From: the human T2T-CHM13v2.0 reference genome, Homo sapiens
Assembly (NCBI RefSeq): GCF_009914755.1
Contig: NC_060938.1
Reading direction: 5' to 3' (one strand)
Length of the DNA: 64,000 nucleotides
Shown here: positions 1 to 15,149 of the stretch, one piece after another
Position numbering within the stretch: the stretch's first letter is position 1
Layout: the number at the start of each line of letters is the position of its first letter
Notes under the pieces: model-generated
The model's input: the letters and a program-made list of their open reading frames with translations, nothing else
Told to the model about the DNA's origin: nothing
Database searches by the model: none
Made by a program: the position numbers and the translations under genes

Positions 1-107
1 GATTTTTTTGGTGTCAGTACTCCCATGGTAGCTGATTTTAAGCTACTAGCCTGATCTCACTGAATACAGAGCCAGGAAGAGATCCAGAGCCATTCCAGCA
101 CTCCACT
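1..107. mobile_element. hAT DNA transposon fragment (MER63-like)
   Basis: gattttaagctac...cactgaa...ggaagagat and terminal ccagcactccact resemble the MER63 consensus as I recall it. Confidence 0.4.
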
Positions 108-350
108 CGTTTATGTGTTCTGATCCGCAATGGTCAGGCTGACTTAAGGGTCTGTTGCTTTCCAGATTTACTCAGCCCTGTTAGGAAGTTCCCACTATGA
201 AGAAGTCCAGCTCTCTTCTCTACTGCGGCTTTAACTACCTTTGTTTAGACAAACAGCACAGTCTTACTCTGTGATCTTTTAAAACTTGGATTGTTTAACC
301 ATTTTATCTCAAGTTATTTACACTGTTATAGTTATTTCCCTATATTTTAG

Positions 351-692
<342 letters not shown>

Positions 693-844
693 TGATTTTA
701 TTTCTTTACTGTTGTTTATTTCAGATAGGGAACACTGGATTTGAAATGATTTCTTCTCTGAAAAAGTAGACAGCTTCATAATAAGAAGGCCTCTTTATTC
801 ATCTAAAACAGTTGTGAGGGGCAAAAATAACAATACATTTTACT

Positions 845-1330
845 GTTTACTTTTTATTACAAAAGTTAAACATGTGTGGCATTTTAGAAAATATGATTTT
901 AAAAGAAGAAAAAAGCATAAGCAAAATGAAATAAATAAAAATTACCCATAATTCTAACAACCAGATATAACAACTGTACATAATCAACATATATCCTTCT
1001 AAATATGTATATATATATAATATACACTTTTTTATTCACAAAATGAATTTATACTGTGCATTCCTCTTGATAACCCTCTCTGTGTCAAGGAAAAACACAT
1101 TTTTACTGTATCACTCTTAATGATGCAGTGTGAGTCCATTACACCTTAATTTATTTAATAAATTGCCTATAGTTGGACATCTAGATTGTTTCCTATATTT
1201 TGTATCCTTATATATGTACTGTTATATATTTGCATGAATATTCCTTCAGGCTAAATTTCTGAAAGTGTAACTTCTTGGTCAAAGAATCCTCCAGATATGT
1301 TTAGACTTTTGATAGGGTTGCCAAACTGAA
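845..1330 (-). mobile_element. old L1M 3' fragment
   Basis: AT-rich with gttggacatctagattgtttc and ctgaaagtgtaacttcttggtcaaag, typical of antisense L1M 3' ends. Confidence 0.6.
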
Positions 1331-1661
1331 GCTAAAGAGTAGAGTGCTTATTAGGTGAAGTGTAGTGGTCTGTCCTGGAAGGAGATTAACTGCAGTGACA
1401 AAAATGCGATTATAGAGAGTGGAAACCATGAACTACCTTGCATTTATAATTATGGCTGAAGGAGGGAGGGAAGGAGACAGCACCTTTTCCTAGACACAGT
1501 ATTCCTTGTAAGGTGGAAGCATGCTAAAGTGGGAACCTGGGAAGGTGCTGTATTGGGAGCTGCTGTCAGACATCTTGGAAGTTTGAGCTTTGGGTCCAAG
1601 CTTAGCTGCCTCCTGGGAGGTAAGTGATATTAGCTCTGCTGTTCAGGTTAGGAATGTATAA

Positions 1662-2074
1662 CTGTAGTAGTCAGCTCCTGCTACAATTCTACTGGGTTTA
1701 AGACAACCCCCAGGTCTTGGTGGCTCAGAATAACAAATAATTATTTCTTACTCAAGGTCTGCAGGCCAGCAGCAGTGTCTCCTCTTTATGCTGAATATTG
1801 GATTCAAGATCTAGGTCTGTCCTGCGTATCTTCTTCCAGGACTCACAATAAAGGACCACCAGCTACTGGAGCATGAGTTCCCAATAGGGTAGACAAGGGA
1901 AGACCCTGAAGAGCGCTCAAAACTGTCAACATGTCTTCTCTGTCTAGTTTCCACTGGCCAAAGTGAGATGCATGGCCAAGCCCAGTGTCAGAAGGATAAG
2001 GAAGTAGTCTCTACTATGAAGGAAAGGGGAGTAGAGAGAGGGAGTTTTTGCTGAACAATATTCAACCAACCATA
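1662..2074. mobile_element. MaLR LTR (MLT1-like)
   Basis: cttggtggctcagaataacaaataattatttcttactc and ccactggccaaagtgagatgcatggccaagccc motifs. Confidence 0.6.
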
Positions 2075-2399
2075 GCAATGCTGCAAGATATTGCACATTT
2101 AATGAAGGTGTTGCATGAGCCAGTTTCTCCTGAAAGTGCTCTAAGCTGAGAAAGAAAATGGTTTACAACAAAGGGATGGAAAGCAATGAAATGACCAGCT
2201 TGCCATGTAATTCCCAAAGAGGAAGTCCCTCACACAGTATCTAAGTGCCTCTGACCACAAGGAAAGTGGGTTCAAACTTCCCTGAAAGCAAGGTGGATCC
2301 TGGTTTTGAGGGGCTTTTATATACTTGATTTGGGGTGCATTCTTAAAGAAAAGTAATGCAAAATTACAAATATAAGTTAGATTAAGATTAGGAAGATAG

Positions 2400-2712
2400 G
2401 GCCGGGCGCAGTGGCTCACGCCTGTAATCCCAGCACTTTGGGAGGCCAAGGTGGGTGGATCACAAGGTCAGGAGATTGAGACCATCCTGGCTAACACGGT
2501 AAAACCCTGTCTCTATTAAAAATACAAAAAAATTAGCTGGGCGTGGTGGCGGGTGTCTGTAGTCCCAGCTACTCAGGAGGTTGAGGCAAGGGAATGGTGT
2601 GAACCTGGGAGGTAGAGCTTGCAGTGAGCAGAGATCACGCCACTGCACTCCAGCTTGGGTGACAGAGCGAGACTCCATCTCTAAAGAATAATAACAATAA
2701 ATAAATAAATAA
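2400..2712 (+). mobile_element. AluY
   Basis: ggccgggcgcagtgg start, ctggctaacacgg and agagcttgcagtgag diagnostics, (TAAA)n tail, flanking repeat aggaagata. Confidence 0.93.
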
Positions 2713-3084
2713 AGGAAGATAAACCATAAGTTACACATTTTGAAAAAACTGATAATTACTAAAAATATATCGAAACTCAGAAAAACAAGATATCTTAACT
2801 ATCTGACACCTCCATGTTTTCTACATTTGGGAACTGTAAATATTTTGATAATCTCTTCACTTAACAACAATTTTGCAATTTCATTTTCTATAGAGAGAAA
2901 AGATAGATTTAGTCATTCCTGCATCATGGCAGCTTCTGACTCCGGGTATTTCAAACTTGTTCTTTCTCCACAACCCTCACACTTCTAACATCAGGCATCC
3001 TGGACCTTGTTCATAGTATGATACTCCCTCTGGCCCTAGACCTTCTCATTGGGTTAGTTAACACGTTGGTCAGAGAGAATATTT

Positions 3085-3770
<686 letters not shown>

Positions 3771-3876
3771 GAGAGGCATTCTTGGAAGCATTTCCTACAT
3801 TCAAATAGCTAGAAATAGCTATACCCAGAAGTGCCGGAAAACTATGTAAATATTATAAAGATGGAAAAAAAATGAA

Positions 3877-4411
3877 GTGTGTTTCCTACTTTCACATACC
3901 ACTCAATATAATACTTCTAAAACCAGATTCCACACACCAATCAGTTCTCCAGCAGACAGCAGCGGGGTGTCCTCTCTCAGTTCCACTCTGATGCTATCTA
4001 CCTAGAGAGAGTATCAGATCCCACATGCCAAGCGCTAAGTTCCACAAGGCTTCCCCTCACCTCAGATGCCAGCTGCAAGCCCCCAGTTGTTTTACCTGTG
4101 CTTCTGACCGACCAGCCGTAAATCAGGGGTTCCCAAGACCCCTTCTTCAGGTTCAACTGATTTGCTAGAGCAGCTCACAGAACTCAGGAAGCACTTACAC
4201 TTACTTGTTTATTATAAAGAATGTTACAAAGCATACAGATGAAAGAAACATGGAAGAGATGTATAGGTCGAGGTATAGGAGAAGGGGCTATCTACAGGCC
4301 CCCGACCTTCAGTCATCTCATTCACTTACAAAAGACACTCTTTTCACTCCAGAGATTCCAATGGTGTTAGGAGCTGTGTGCCAGGAACCAGGAGCTGAAA
4401 GCAAATATATA
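3877..4411 (-). mobile_element. LTR, MER21 family (last bases resume at ~5941-5965)
   Basis: tcagatcccaca...gcttctgaccgaccagccgtaaatcaggggttccc...gctagagcagctcacagaactcagg. Confidence 0.75.
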
Positions 4412-5940
<1,529 letters not shown>

Positions 5941-6330
5941 TATTTTTTATTATATCATAAATATACTAAACCCAAACTGAATATATCCTTAATTTAAAAT
6001 CCCTTTAGCCACATCCCAAAATTCCCTGGGCCACTAAATGCCACATGATATGGATGGATGCTGATGGAGGGGAAGTCAGTATAGAAAGGGATCCTGGTTT
6101 TACTTTTACAAATTTTACAAAAACATATGACAAGGTGAATACATTGTTTAAGCACCATAATTAATCTCTTCATGCCCAATTACCCACACTTGTGTAGACC
6201 ATACACATTTAAAAATGACTAAGTGGTCCTGAATCTTTTTATACAGCTTCTTGAAGGGAAACAAAGCAATGATTTCTTAAATCATTAATCCCTATTTACA
6301 ATGAACCTGAATAGATTGACAAATTTATCC

Positions 6331-6352
6331 AAAAGAAAAAGAAAGAAAAGAA

Positions 6353-6411
<59 letters not shown>
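6331..6411 (+). repeat. (AAAG)n microsatellite
   Basis: direct reading. Confidence 0.95.
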
Positions 6412-6412
<1 letters not shown>

Positions 6413-6702
6413 GCTGCGCGTGGTGGCTCACGCCTGTAATCCCAGTACTTTGGGAGGCTGAGGCGGGAGGATCACCTGAGGTCAGTTCGAGACCAGCCTG
6501 ACCAACATGGAGAAACCCCGTCTCTACTAAAAATACAAAATTAGCCAGGCGTGGTGGCACACGCCTATAGTCCCAGCTACTCAGGAGGCTGGGGCAGGAG
6601 AATTGCTTGAACCTGGAGTGGGTAGAGGTTGTGGTGAGCCAAGATCGTGCCATTGCACTCCAGCCTGGGCAACAAGAGTAAAACTCCATCAAAAAAAAAA
6701 AA
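6412..6702 (+). mobile_element. AluS (Sp/Sq-like)
   Basis: cctgaccaacatggagaaacccc and gggcaacaagagtaaaactcc. Confidence 0.93.
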
Positions 6703-6883
6703 GAAGAAAGAAAGGAAGGAAGAAAGAAAAAGAGAGAGAGAGAAAGGAAGAAAGGAAGAAGGAAGGAAGGAAGGAAGGAAGGAGAAAGAAAGGAAAGAAA
6801 GAGAGAAAGGAAAGAAAGAAAGAAAGAGAAAGAAAGAAGAAAAGAAGAGAAAGAAGGAAAGAAAAGAAAAGAGGGGAAAAAAA
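6703..6883 (+). repeat. GA-rich polypurine tract
   Basis: AAAG/AAGG/AG mosaic derived from the Alu tail. Confidence 0.9.
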
Positions 6884-7692
6884 GAGTTTTTAATTGTACA
6901 GGACTAACCCTTTTTTCCCCTCTCTAGAGATTCTCTCATTGGAATCTCTCTCAACAGAGCCTGCCCCTCCCCAAAGGATCAAAGCCCACATTCCATTTCA
7001 CCACCAAGGCCCAAGGAGAATCCCGGAGCCCTCCAAATTCTCTCTGCACTGATGACAGCCCCTCAGGCTGGGGCTTGCCCTGGAGGACTGCCCTCTGCCC
7101 AGCTGTGGCCTTAATCGTGCCATGTACCTGGCTACCTCCTTCTCAAGCGTTTCTCCTCCTCACTTGGATTGAGCTCAGGTGCCCTTCAATCCTCTAGCTG
7201 CCTGGAACCAAACTGCTTCGCAGCCTAGAGGAGCAGCCCTGCCAAACCCAGGAGCCTGAAATGTAGTCATTTGTGGGATTATATAATTCCAAATTCCAAA
7301 ATGCAACTAGAGATACTTTTTTGACATTGAGTGTGTTTTATTGACCCATTTCCCAATGACCAAAACTATACTCATTTGGATGTAAACTTCTTACTTCCCA
7401 CTCAGGCATTAACAAGAAATCAGCTTTAAGAAAATAAATTGTCCTTCCTTCCAAACTTTGCACACCCTCTTTTTATGTTGCTTACAGCAAAGATGGTGAA
7501 TAAACACTAATCCCAATGGCCATCAGAGGGTTGGTTTCTGAGATATCTGGCTGGTCTAGCCAGAACTGAGACTTTTGTTTCAAAATGGTAGACCATGTAC
7601 AAGCTGTAGTTTCCTCCAAATTTCTAGAAATAGTTGTGCTTAAAAACTAGATTAAGAATTTGGCTACCAATAATTTAAGGAATAAAAGTTAA

Positions 7693-7993
<301 letters not shown>

Positions 7994-8107
7994 TTTTTTT
8001 TTCTTTCTTTCTCTTTCTTTCCTTCCTTCCTTCCTTCCTTCCTTCCTTCCTTCCTTCCTTCCTTCCTTTCTTTCTTTCTCTCTCTCTCTTTTTCTTTTTT
8101 TTTTTTT
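7994..8107 (+). repeat. (TTCC)n/(TTTC)n polypyrimidine tract
   Basis: direct reading. Confidence 0.9.
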
Positions 8108-8376
8108 GACAGAGTCTTGGTCTGTCACCCAGGCTGGAGTGCAGTAGTGCTGTTACAGCTCACTGCAGCCTCAACCTCCCTGGGCTCAGATGATCCTCCC
8201 ACCTCAGCCTCCCAAGTAGCTGGGACCACAAGCGAGTGCTACCAATGCCCAGCTAATTTTTTGTAGCAATGGGGTTTTACCATGTTGCCCAGGCTGGTCT
8301 CAAACTCCTGGCTCAAGTGACAGCCTGCCTTAGCCTCCCAAAGTGTTGGGATTACAGGCGTAAGCCACTGCACCCA
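8090..8376 (-). mobile_element. AluJ
   Basis: acagctcactgcagcctcaacctcc, gatcctcccacctcagcc. Confidence 0.93.
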
Positions 8377-9109
8377 AGAAGGTTGGCCTGGAAAGGAAAT
8401 CTATAGTCCAAACTTATAGAAGATCAATAAGAAAGGTAGGCTATGCCTGGAGGCTGTATACACTTGGAGCAGAAAGGGGTCTGAGGCAACAGACAGGGTG
8501 TAGATGTGAAAGCAGCAGCCACCAGGCAGCAATGATGGGGAGTCTGCCTCCAGGCCACACTAGATCAGAGACAGGGTAACAGGTGGCCAGTGACCTTAGG
8601 AAGGAGTGGGGAGTACCAACACCCAACAGAGCAACCACTAAATGGCCTTGCCAGGTGACACATCCTGTCCTTCCTCTTCCTGAAAGCAAGTCAGAATGCA
8701 AATCACAAGGGCAATTCTTGTCTCTCCCAAAAAGACCATGCAAACAGATGGGAAGAGTCTAACAGGAAATCTCAACCACAAAGATGAGCCCATAATCAAG
8801 AAACATGAAGTATTAGAGAAAATCAACCTCCATGAATGGAGACAATGAACTAAAGCCATGGAAGAACTCATGGATAATAATACAAAGTTAGTGGAGCAAT
8901 CAGAACAGCACTTCAAGGCTGAATCCTGGTTTCCTCATTCTCAGGCCACCATTCTTTTCCCTTTTCCACACTGCATCCTTCCCTAAGTCGGGCACTCCCT
9001 ATATAGTAGAAGGACTTTAAAGACATTTCTTTATTTTCCCAAATAAAATCTATTTGGGAAAAAGAACTTAACTTAGAGTAAGACCCATACAAATAGATAT
9101 CTATTTCAT

Positions 9110-9780
9110 TTCTTCATTTCCTGATTTGAAAAAGGACCTTATTATCCATCCTAAAATTTCTGTATCCCATTCTATTCACAGGTCAATTTCCCCTCATCTC
9201 TCTAGAACCACTGCAACTGCTTTCTAACTCTTCTTGCTGTCTCCAGGCTCCGCTCCTCTCACCCACCCATCTATTCTTCACCCTTTAGCCAGAGAGATCT
9301 TTCTAAAATGCAAAGATCACTCCAGCTGCTCCAAAACTTTAAACATCCTCCTGCAGCTCTGTGAATAGAGTCACATTCCTTAAAATGACCTACAAGACCC
9401 TGTAGCATCTGGCTCCTGCCTTTTTGTCTAGTCTTATCTCTTGATGCTTCAACAACCACCCCACCCCCTCCCCTTTGTTCAATAACCCACCCATAGCAAA
9501 CTCTTCCATTTGTTCCTCTCCAAGCTGTTTTCTCTGCTTTGAATGGATCTCCCCCCACTTTTCACGAAGCCAACAGGTTTCAGCTGTGCTTCCAGAGTTG
9601 GGGAAGCCTCTTCTGTACTCCCATGGCACTAAGTATCTCACCCTGCATTTATCTCTCAGACAATAGGATTTAACAATGGGTTTTCTTGTCTGCATCTCCA
9701 CCAGTGTATAGGCCCCAGAAGGCAGAGACTTCTTTGTTCTCTGCCTTATCCACCCGTAAAGCAAGGGATGCACACCATGA
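9110..9780 (+). mobile_element. L2 fragment
   Basis: agccagagagatctttctaaaatgcaaa, ctacaagaccctg, gaaggcagagact. Confidence 0.7.
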
Positions 9781-9931
9781 TGACCTTTGGAATTGATGAG
9801 CTATCTGATGCCTTTATCGATACTTTTGTGGCATATTGAGCAAATTTAGAGCCCAGTAGAAACATGGTCATTTCCCTCTTCTCCCACAGAATGGATTTGC
9901 AGGCTATTCTCAGACCTACCTCGATTTGTAG

Positions 9932-10058
9932 ATTCATCTATTCACTCAATAAATTCACTCAATAAATACTATGGAGGGCCAGGAATACTCCATATTCTGG
10001 GTGCAGCAATAAACAGAATGGAGGCAAATCCTCACCCTTGTGGAGTTCATTTTATAGG
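9932..10058 (-). mobile_element. L2 3' end
   Basis: attcactcaataaat...aaatcctcacccttgtggagttcattttatag. Confidence 0.7.
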
Positions 10059-10609
10059 AAATTACTTGGCCAGCAGCCTCCTCTTTCCCACCCATCCTAA
10101 GACCAACTTGCCATTCTGCTGGGATCCTCCCCAGCTGCTGATGAGTCCTGCTGGTATAGAGCATCAGGTTTCATAGCCACACTCATAGCTTCTTTTCTTT
10201 CATTAAAAATAACTTTTTATTATGGAAGAGTTCAAGCAAATACCAAAGTAGAGATAATAGGATAATGAGCCCCCATATATCTAACACATCAACACATCGC
10301 TGAGGTTGTCTCATTTATAGCTCTCACACTCTTTTCCATTGCCCACCAGATTACTTTAAAGCAAAACCAGACATCTAAGTCGTTTCATCCATAAATCCCT
10401 TCTGGAGGAAGAGGGCTTTCATATGGACTTGGAGAATGGAAAGGTCATAGATAGGGTGGGAAGAAGGCAGAGTGGCATCCTAACAGGGAATGAAAGCACA
10501 AGAAGTTTGGACAGGAAATGAAAATTATGTATACAGAGTCAGGAAGAAACCCTCCTGAATGGAGAGAAAGTTGGACAGATCAGTTGGAAGTGATTAAGAA
10601 AAGTTTCAA

Positions 10610-11288
10610 CCCGCCAGCTCCGGAGCAGCCCGCGAGCTCACGCCAGGCCTCTCTCCAGCCTCAGCCTGCGATCTTACTAGGCACAGCTCTCTGGCCCTCG
10701 AGGCCTTCTGCACCCAGCTGTGACCCCCGCCCAGCCGTGGCTATCCAGTCAGTTCGCTGCTATTCCCATGGGTCACATGAGACAGATGAGGAATTTGATG
10801 CTCTCCGGGTAACATACTTCTACAAGCCAGATATAGATGCTTGGGAATTGTGTAAAGGGGTGAACACACTTGTTGGCTATGATCTGGTTCCAGAGCCCAA
10901 ATCACTGATGCTGCTTTGTGGGCATTCAGACAGTTATATGATTTTGCTAGTGCAGCTGGCATCCTAGAGGCTGTTAAGGACAAAGCAGGACCTCATAGGG
11001 AAATCTGCCCCTATGTCATCCAGGAACTCAGACCAACTTTAAATGAACTGGGAATCTCCACTCCGGAGGAACTGGGCCTTGACAAAGTGTAAACCCCATG
11101 GATGAGCTTCCCAAGGATTTATTGATATTGCTACTTAAGTGTAAACAGTCACCTGGAAATACTGATGATAATATATTACCTTATTTGAACAAGTTTTCCT
11201 TTACTGAGTACCAAACCATGTAATGATAACTTGGACTTTAATAAAAGGGAAATGAGTTCGAACTGAAAAAACAAACAAACAAACAAAA
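10610..11288 (+). pseudogene. COX5A: COX5A processed pseudogene (cytochrome c oxidase subunit 5A retrocopy; possibly annotated COX5AP1 or COX5AP2)
   Basis: Intronless translation [23 protein letters not shown]...YDLVPEPK, 1-bp frameshift at ~10899, then [19 protein letters not shown]...[14 protein letters not shown] (TAA 11090-11092); start ATG lost; AATAAA 11240-11245; A-rich tail; perfect 14-bp TSD aagaaaagtttcaa at 10596-10609 and 11289-11302. Confidence 0.97.
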
Positions 11289-11706
11289 AAGAAAAGTTTC
11301 AAATGCCAGCCTGAGGATATAGGTTCCTGCAGAGGAGGTTTAGTTAGGTATTCACAGGTTTTAAGTGTATCAAGGCAAGTTAAGCAGTGTTCAAGTGAGA
11401 ATCATCTAGGCTGAACATGGGCCCAGGAGACCCAAGAAGAAAAATGTATAGAGGGCAGAAGCATGAAGGGGCCCATTATTATAATTCACATGACAAGGGC
11501 CCAGACCACCGTGGTACTGGCAAAAATGGAGGGAGGAATGGGCTAGGATGTGGTTTAAAGGTTGAAGGGATAGAATTCATTGCCTAGCTCAAAAGAGCGG
11601 TTAAGGAAAGAATAAGAGATGACTACACGGCTCCAAGTCTGGAGAACGGAAGTCATCTACAAAGTCAAAGAAAAGGGAGGGGAATCTTTTCGGGAGATAA
11701 GTTTTA

Positions 11707-11785
11707 TTAGGTTGATGCAAATTAATTAAAGAAATTGCCATTTCTTTCAATGGCAGAAACCGCAATTGCTTTTGCACCAACCTAA
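11707..11785. mobile_element. MADE1 (Hsmar1 mariner MITE)
   Basis: ttaggttgatgcaaa...tttgcaccaacctaa, ~80 bp near-palindrome flanked by TA on both sides. Confidence 0.9.
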
Positions 11786-11939
11786 TACTTTGGATTTAAT
11801 AATGGGATATATGAGTATAAATATTTCACAGTCCATGGAAGGTATAGAATTGGCACTGGAGTAAAGTGGTATAGGTTTAAATTTATCCACTTAAAATTGA
11901 TAGTTGAGGTCAGGTATCTCTATTGGTTTAATGTATGGA

Positions 11940-12110
11940 AAATGGAAAGGAAAAAAGAGAGGAAGGAAGATTGAGGAGAGGAAGGAAAAGGTAGAGGAGG
12001 ACAGGCATGGGGAGGGGAAAGGAAAAGAGAGAAAAGGCAAGCAGAGGAGAGAGCAGGAGAGGAAGAGAAAGGAGAGGAGAGAGAAAAAGGGGCAAGTCAG
12101 GATGAAGAAG
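11940..12110 (+). repeat. GA-rich low complexity
   Basis: direct reading. Confidence 0.8.
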
Positions 12111-14292
12111 AATCATGGCTAAGACAGAAAAGGAGGTAAGAGTACCAAGATAGTCAAATAATCTCAAAAGCCAAAGAAGGGTGCCTTTCTAAAAAGAAAT
12201 TTTAATCATTAGTGAGACTGGCGGTTGGAAAAGCCCACTGAATATGCATGATGTCATGTACTGTACATTCACAACACACACAAGGCCACATTCAATCTGT
12301 TGACCTTGAGGGCAGAGCACAAGGCTCAGTTGTTCCCGCCCTGCCCCAACCCCCAGCGTTTGCCTCTGAAGAGAAGGAGAAGTCTGTACTGGGAGAGTTG
12401 GAATTCTTGAATCAGGCTAGTTGTTAGCTATGTTGTGAAATGGGCTCATTTTCAGAAACTAAAAAATTCATTTCTGCTGATAGTCACTGTAGTAAGTAGA
12501 TGAGGGGTCACTCTAATAAGTAATAGGCTTGAGCGAAAAATGGGTCCCTAATTTGCTGTCAGGGATGGAGTGACAAAACCAGGATCCACCAATGGAGAGG
12601 AAACAGCCCAGCTTGAAAGGAATGATTTGTACCCCAACCAACACTGTGATGCAAACACAATTTGGGTGCCTCCTTTAGTGACATCAAGAAAAAGAAACCT
12701 AATATGTAGCCATATTAAACAAACTGAAATCCACAAATCATGTTAATCATGGGGCAATTTCATAATGGCATGGATTAAGTGGTGATGACATTACAAATAT
12801 AAACAGAAGGAACATCTTTAAAAAGTCCAAAAAAATTGGAATTTGTCTGTGTACTACCAGAGTCACCTGGAAGAGAGGGTTCCTGGGTTCTAGATAATTG
12901 GTAGTGACAATATAAAGATAAATCATCCTATAGAAAAGATGGTTACTTCATGAGATAATTTTTCTCTTTTCATTTGTTTTGAATATTCAGTTTCCTTTTT
13001 TGCCATACCCTATGATTACTAAGATTTATTTTTTCCATTGTTTTTAAATTATTATTATTTAGAAATAATTTAGATTTTTAATTATTCACAAGGAATTTAC
13101 TATTTTCTCTATTTTTGAAAACCTTTATGATTTATTTTGAAAAACATAGACATTTTCAAACTTAGAAAGAATAGTACAAGGAACTCACATGCACCTGTTA
13201 CCCCATTTCAACAATTAATCAGCAGTCTGCCACTTAAAAAAACAGCTATTCTTTCTTTTTTACCTCTCCTCTTCCTATTTTTTTTTCCTGGAGTATTTTA
13301 AAGCAAATCCTGGACATCATATCAACTCACCAGTAAATACATCAATATGTATTCATCTTTTACCAATACGAACTTTTTAAAAACTGGCAATCGTGCCATT
13401 ATGACAGTAATACAACTTATAATAACTTCTTTATATAATTGAATACTAAGTCTATGTGCAAATTTCTCTATCTCAAAGATGTATTTTATAGTAGGTTTGT
13501 TTAAATCAGGATCCACACAAGGTCTAGACATCAGTTATTCCATCTCTTAAGTATCTTTTATTCTCTAAAAATTTATCCCTCTTTTTATATGCAATTATTT
13601 TTTGGAGAAACTGGATTGTTTGGTTTGTAGAATATCTCATTCAGGATTTGGTTTATTGCATCTTCATAGTCTTGTTTAAATTGTTCTATTTCTTTTGTTT
13701 TCTTTAAACTGGTAGTTAAACCTACTGACTTGATAAGATTTTTAGGCAAAAATACTTCTAAGTGGTGGTATGTTTTTTCTACTGCACAACATCATTATAT
13801 GGTCCAGTTGTACTTTTAATGATACCAAGATTGGTGATTGGGTTTTGATGAGAGAAGCCTAATATTTCCATTATGAAGTTCTTTGTCAACTTTTAACCTG
13901 TATTAGCAAACGGGTTAAAAGCGACTCATAATTGTTGCCTGGATTCATTTTATAGGGATTGCAAAATGATGATTTTCTAATTCTATCATTTCTTCTGCAT
14001 TTATTCATTGGAATTATCCTATAAAGAGCTTCCCCTCATCAACAATGTGGTTACCCTTAAATATAGTACATACAAGAAAGGCAGAATAAATCCTTTATAT
14101 TTCCCTTTTCAATACATTTTTGAGTAATTTTAGCAGCCTCCAAAGATGACCAAGGAGGAATTTTAAGTCATTAAATACTCATGAATTTTTAGATATCTGA
14201 TGTATTTTAATTCTTTCTCACACACAAATTATCCCATTTTTGGCCAGTGGGAGCCCCTTAATGGCAGTTCTTGTGTCTTTCTGATATGACCC

Positions 14293-15012
14293 TAAAACTG
14301 CCTTTACAAAGTTATGACAGTAAGAGAAAGCTGGCATAGCTGACTCCATCTTGCTTCTAACCTCCAAGCTGTCATTGCTGGGCATAGGTCAAGCTAACTT
14401 TGGGAGGATTTTAGTTTACAGTTTAACCTTAAAGCAAGGATGATAATAGCCACTCCCAAAATTAAACCACCTTTGTAAAAATAACGGAAGACCACAAGAT
14501 TAGGATTATGAGAAGGGCCTGAATTCTGGTTAAGATACAGGCATAGTTAAACAATAACCAGCCATTGTTCCAGAGGTCACAATATGTGTAACTTCTCCAA
14601 TTATTCCTGTAGATAACATCACTATCGTAGAACCTAAGACTGGCCTTTTGAGATGTTTTTAGACTTTTACATTTATGGCAACCAACTGACTCTACCCAGA
14701 CCATGACTCGTGACTGAAATGGTCCTGTGGCCCCCATCCAGAGGCTGACTCAGCACATAAGGACCATTTTTCCAGGCTCCTATGACTGCATCCCCAACTA
14801 ATCAACATTTCCCATTCCCTAGCCTCCTGCCCACCAAACTCTCCTTGAAAAACTCTAACCTCCAAGCCTTCAGGAGACTGACTTGAATAATTCCAGTTCT
14901 TCTACGTGGCCGGCCTCGTATTAATTAAACTCCTTCTTTACTGCAATACTGTGGTCTCAGTGAATGGGTTTTGTCTCTGCAGCAGGCAGGAAGAACCCAT
15001 TGGATAACTACA
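14293..15012 (+). mobile_element. solo LTR8A-like (ERV1)
   Basis: t(g)aaactgccttt...gctgactccatcttgcttcta start, gaagaacccattgg...taca end; accc/gccc 4-bp flanks. Confidence 0.85.
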
Positions 15013-15149
15013 GCCCCATTTGTTTTGAAAGGCTTTCTTGTTTCTTCTTTGACACAAAACAATGTCCCAGACTCACCTTTTAATTTTTGCCCTAGACTTG
15101 GAATCAAGCATTTTTCTAAAGAGCTCTAGTTCCTGTTAGTTGGGAATAG

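Noticed and set aside
6301-6907. K/E/R-rich ORFs (also 7853-8128 and 11904-12122)
   Set aside because: Translations of purine microsatellites and Alu tails
10518-10967. 149-aa ORF starting in flank and reading into the COX5A frame
   Set aside because: Chance upstream ATG; targeting peptide partly deleted, frameshift at ~10899, and no promoter evidence
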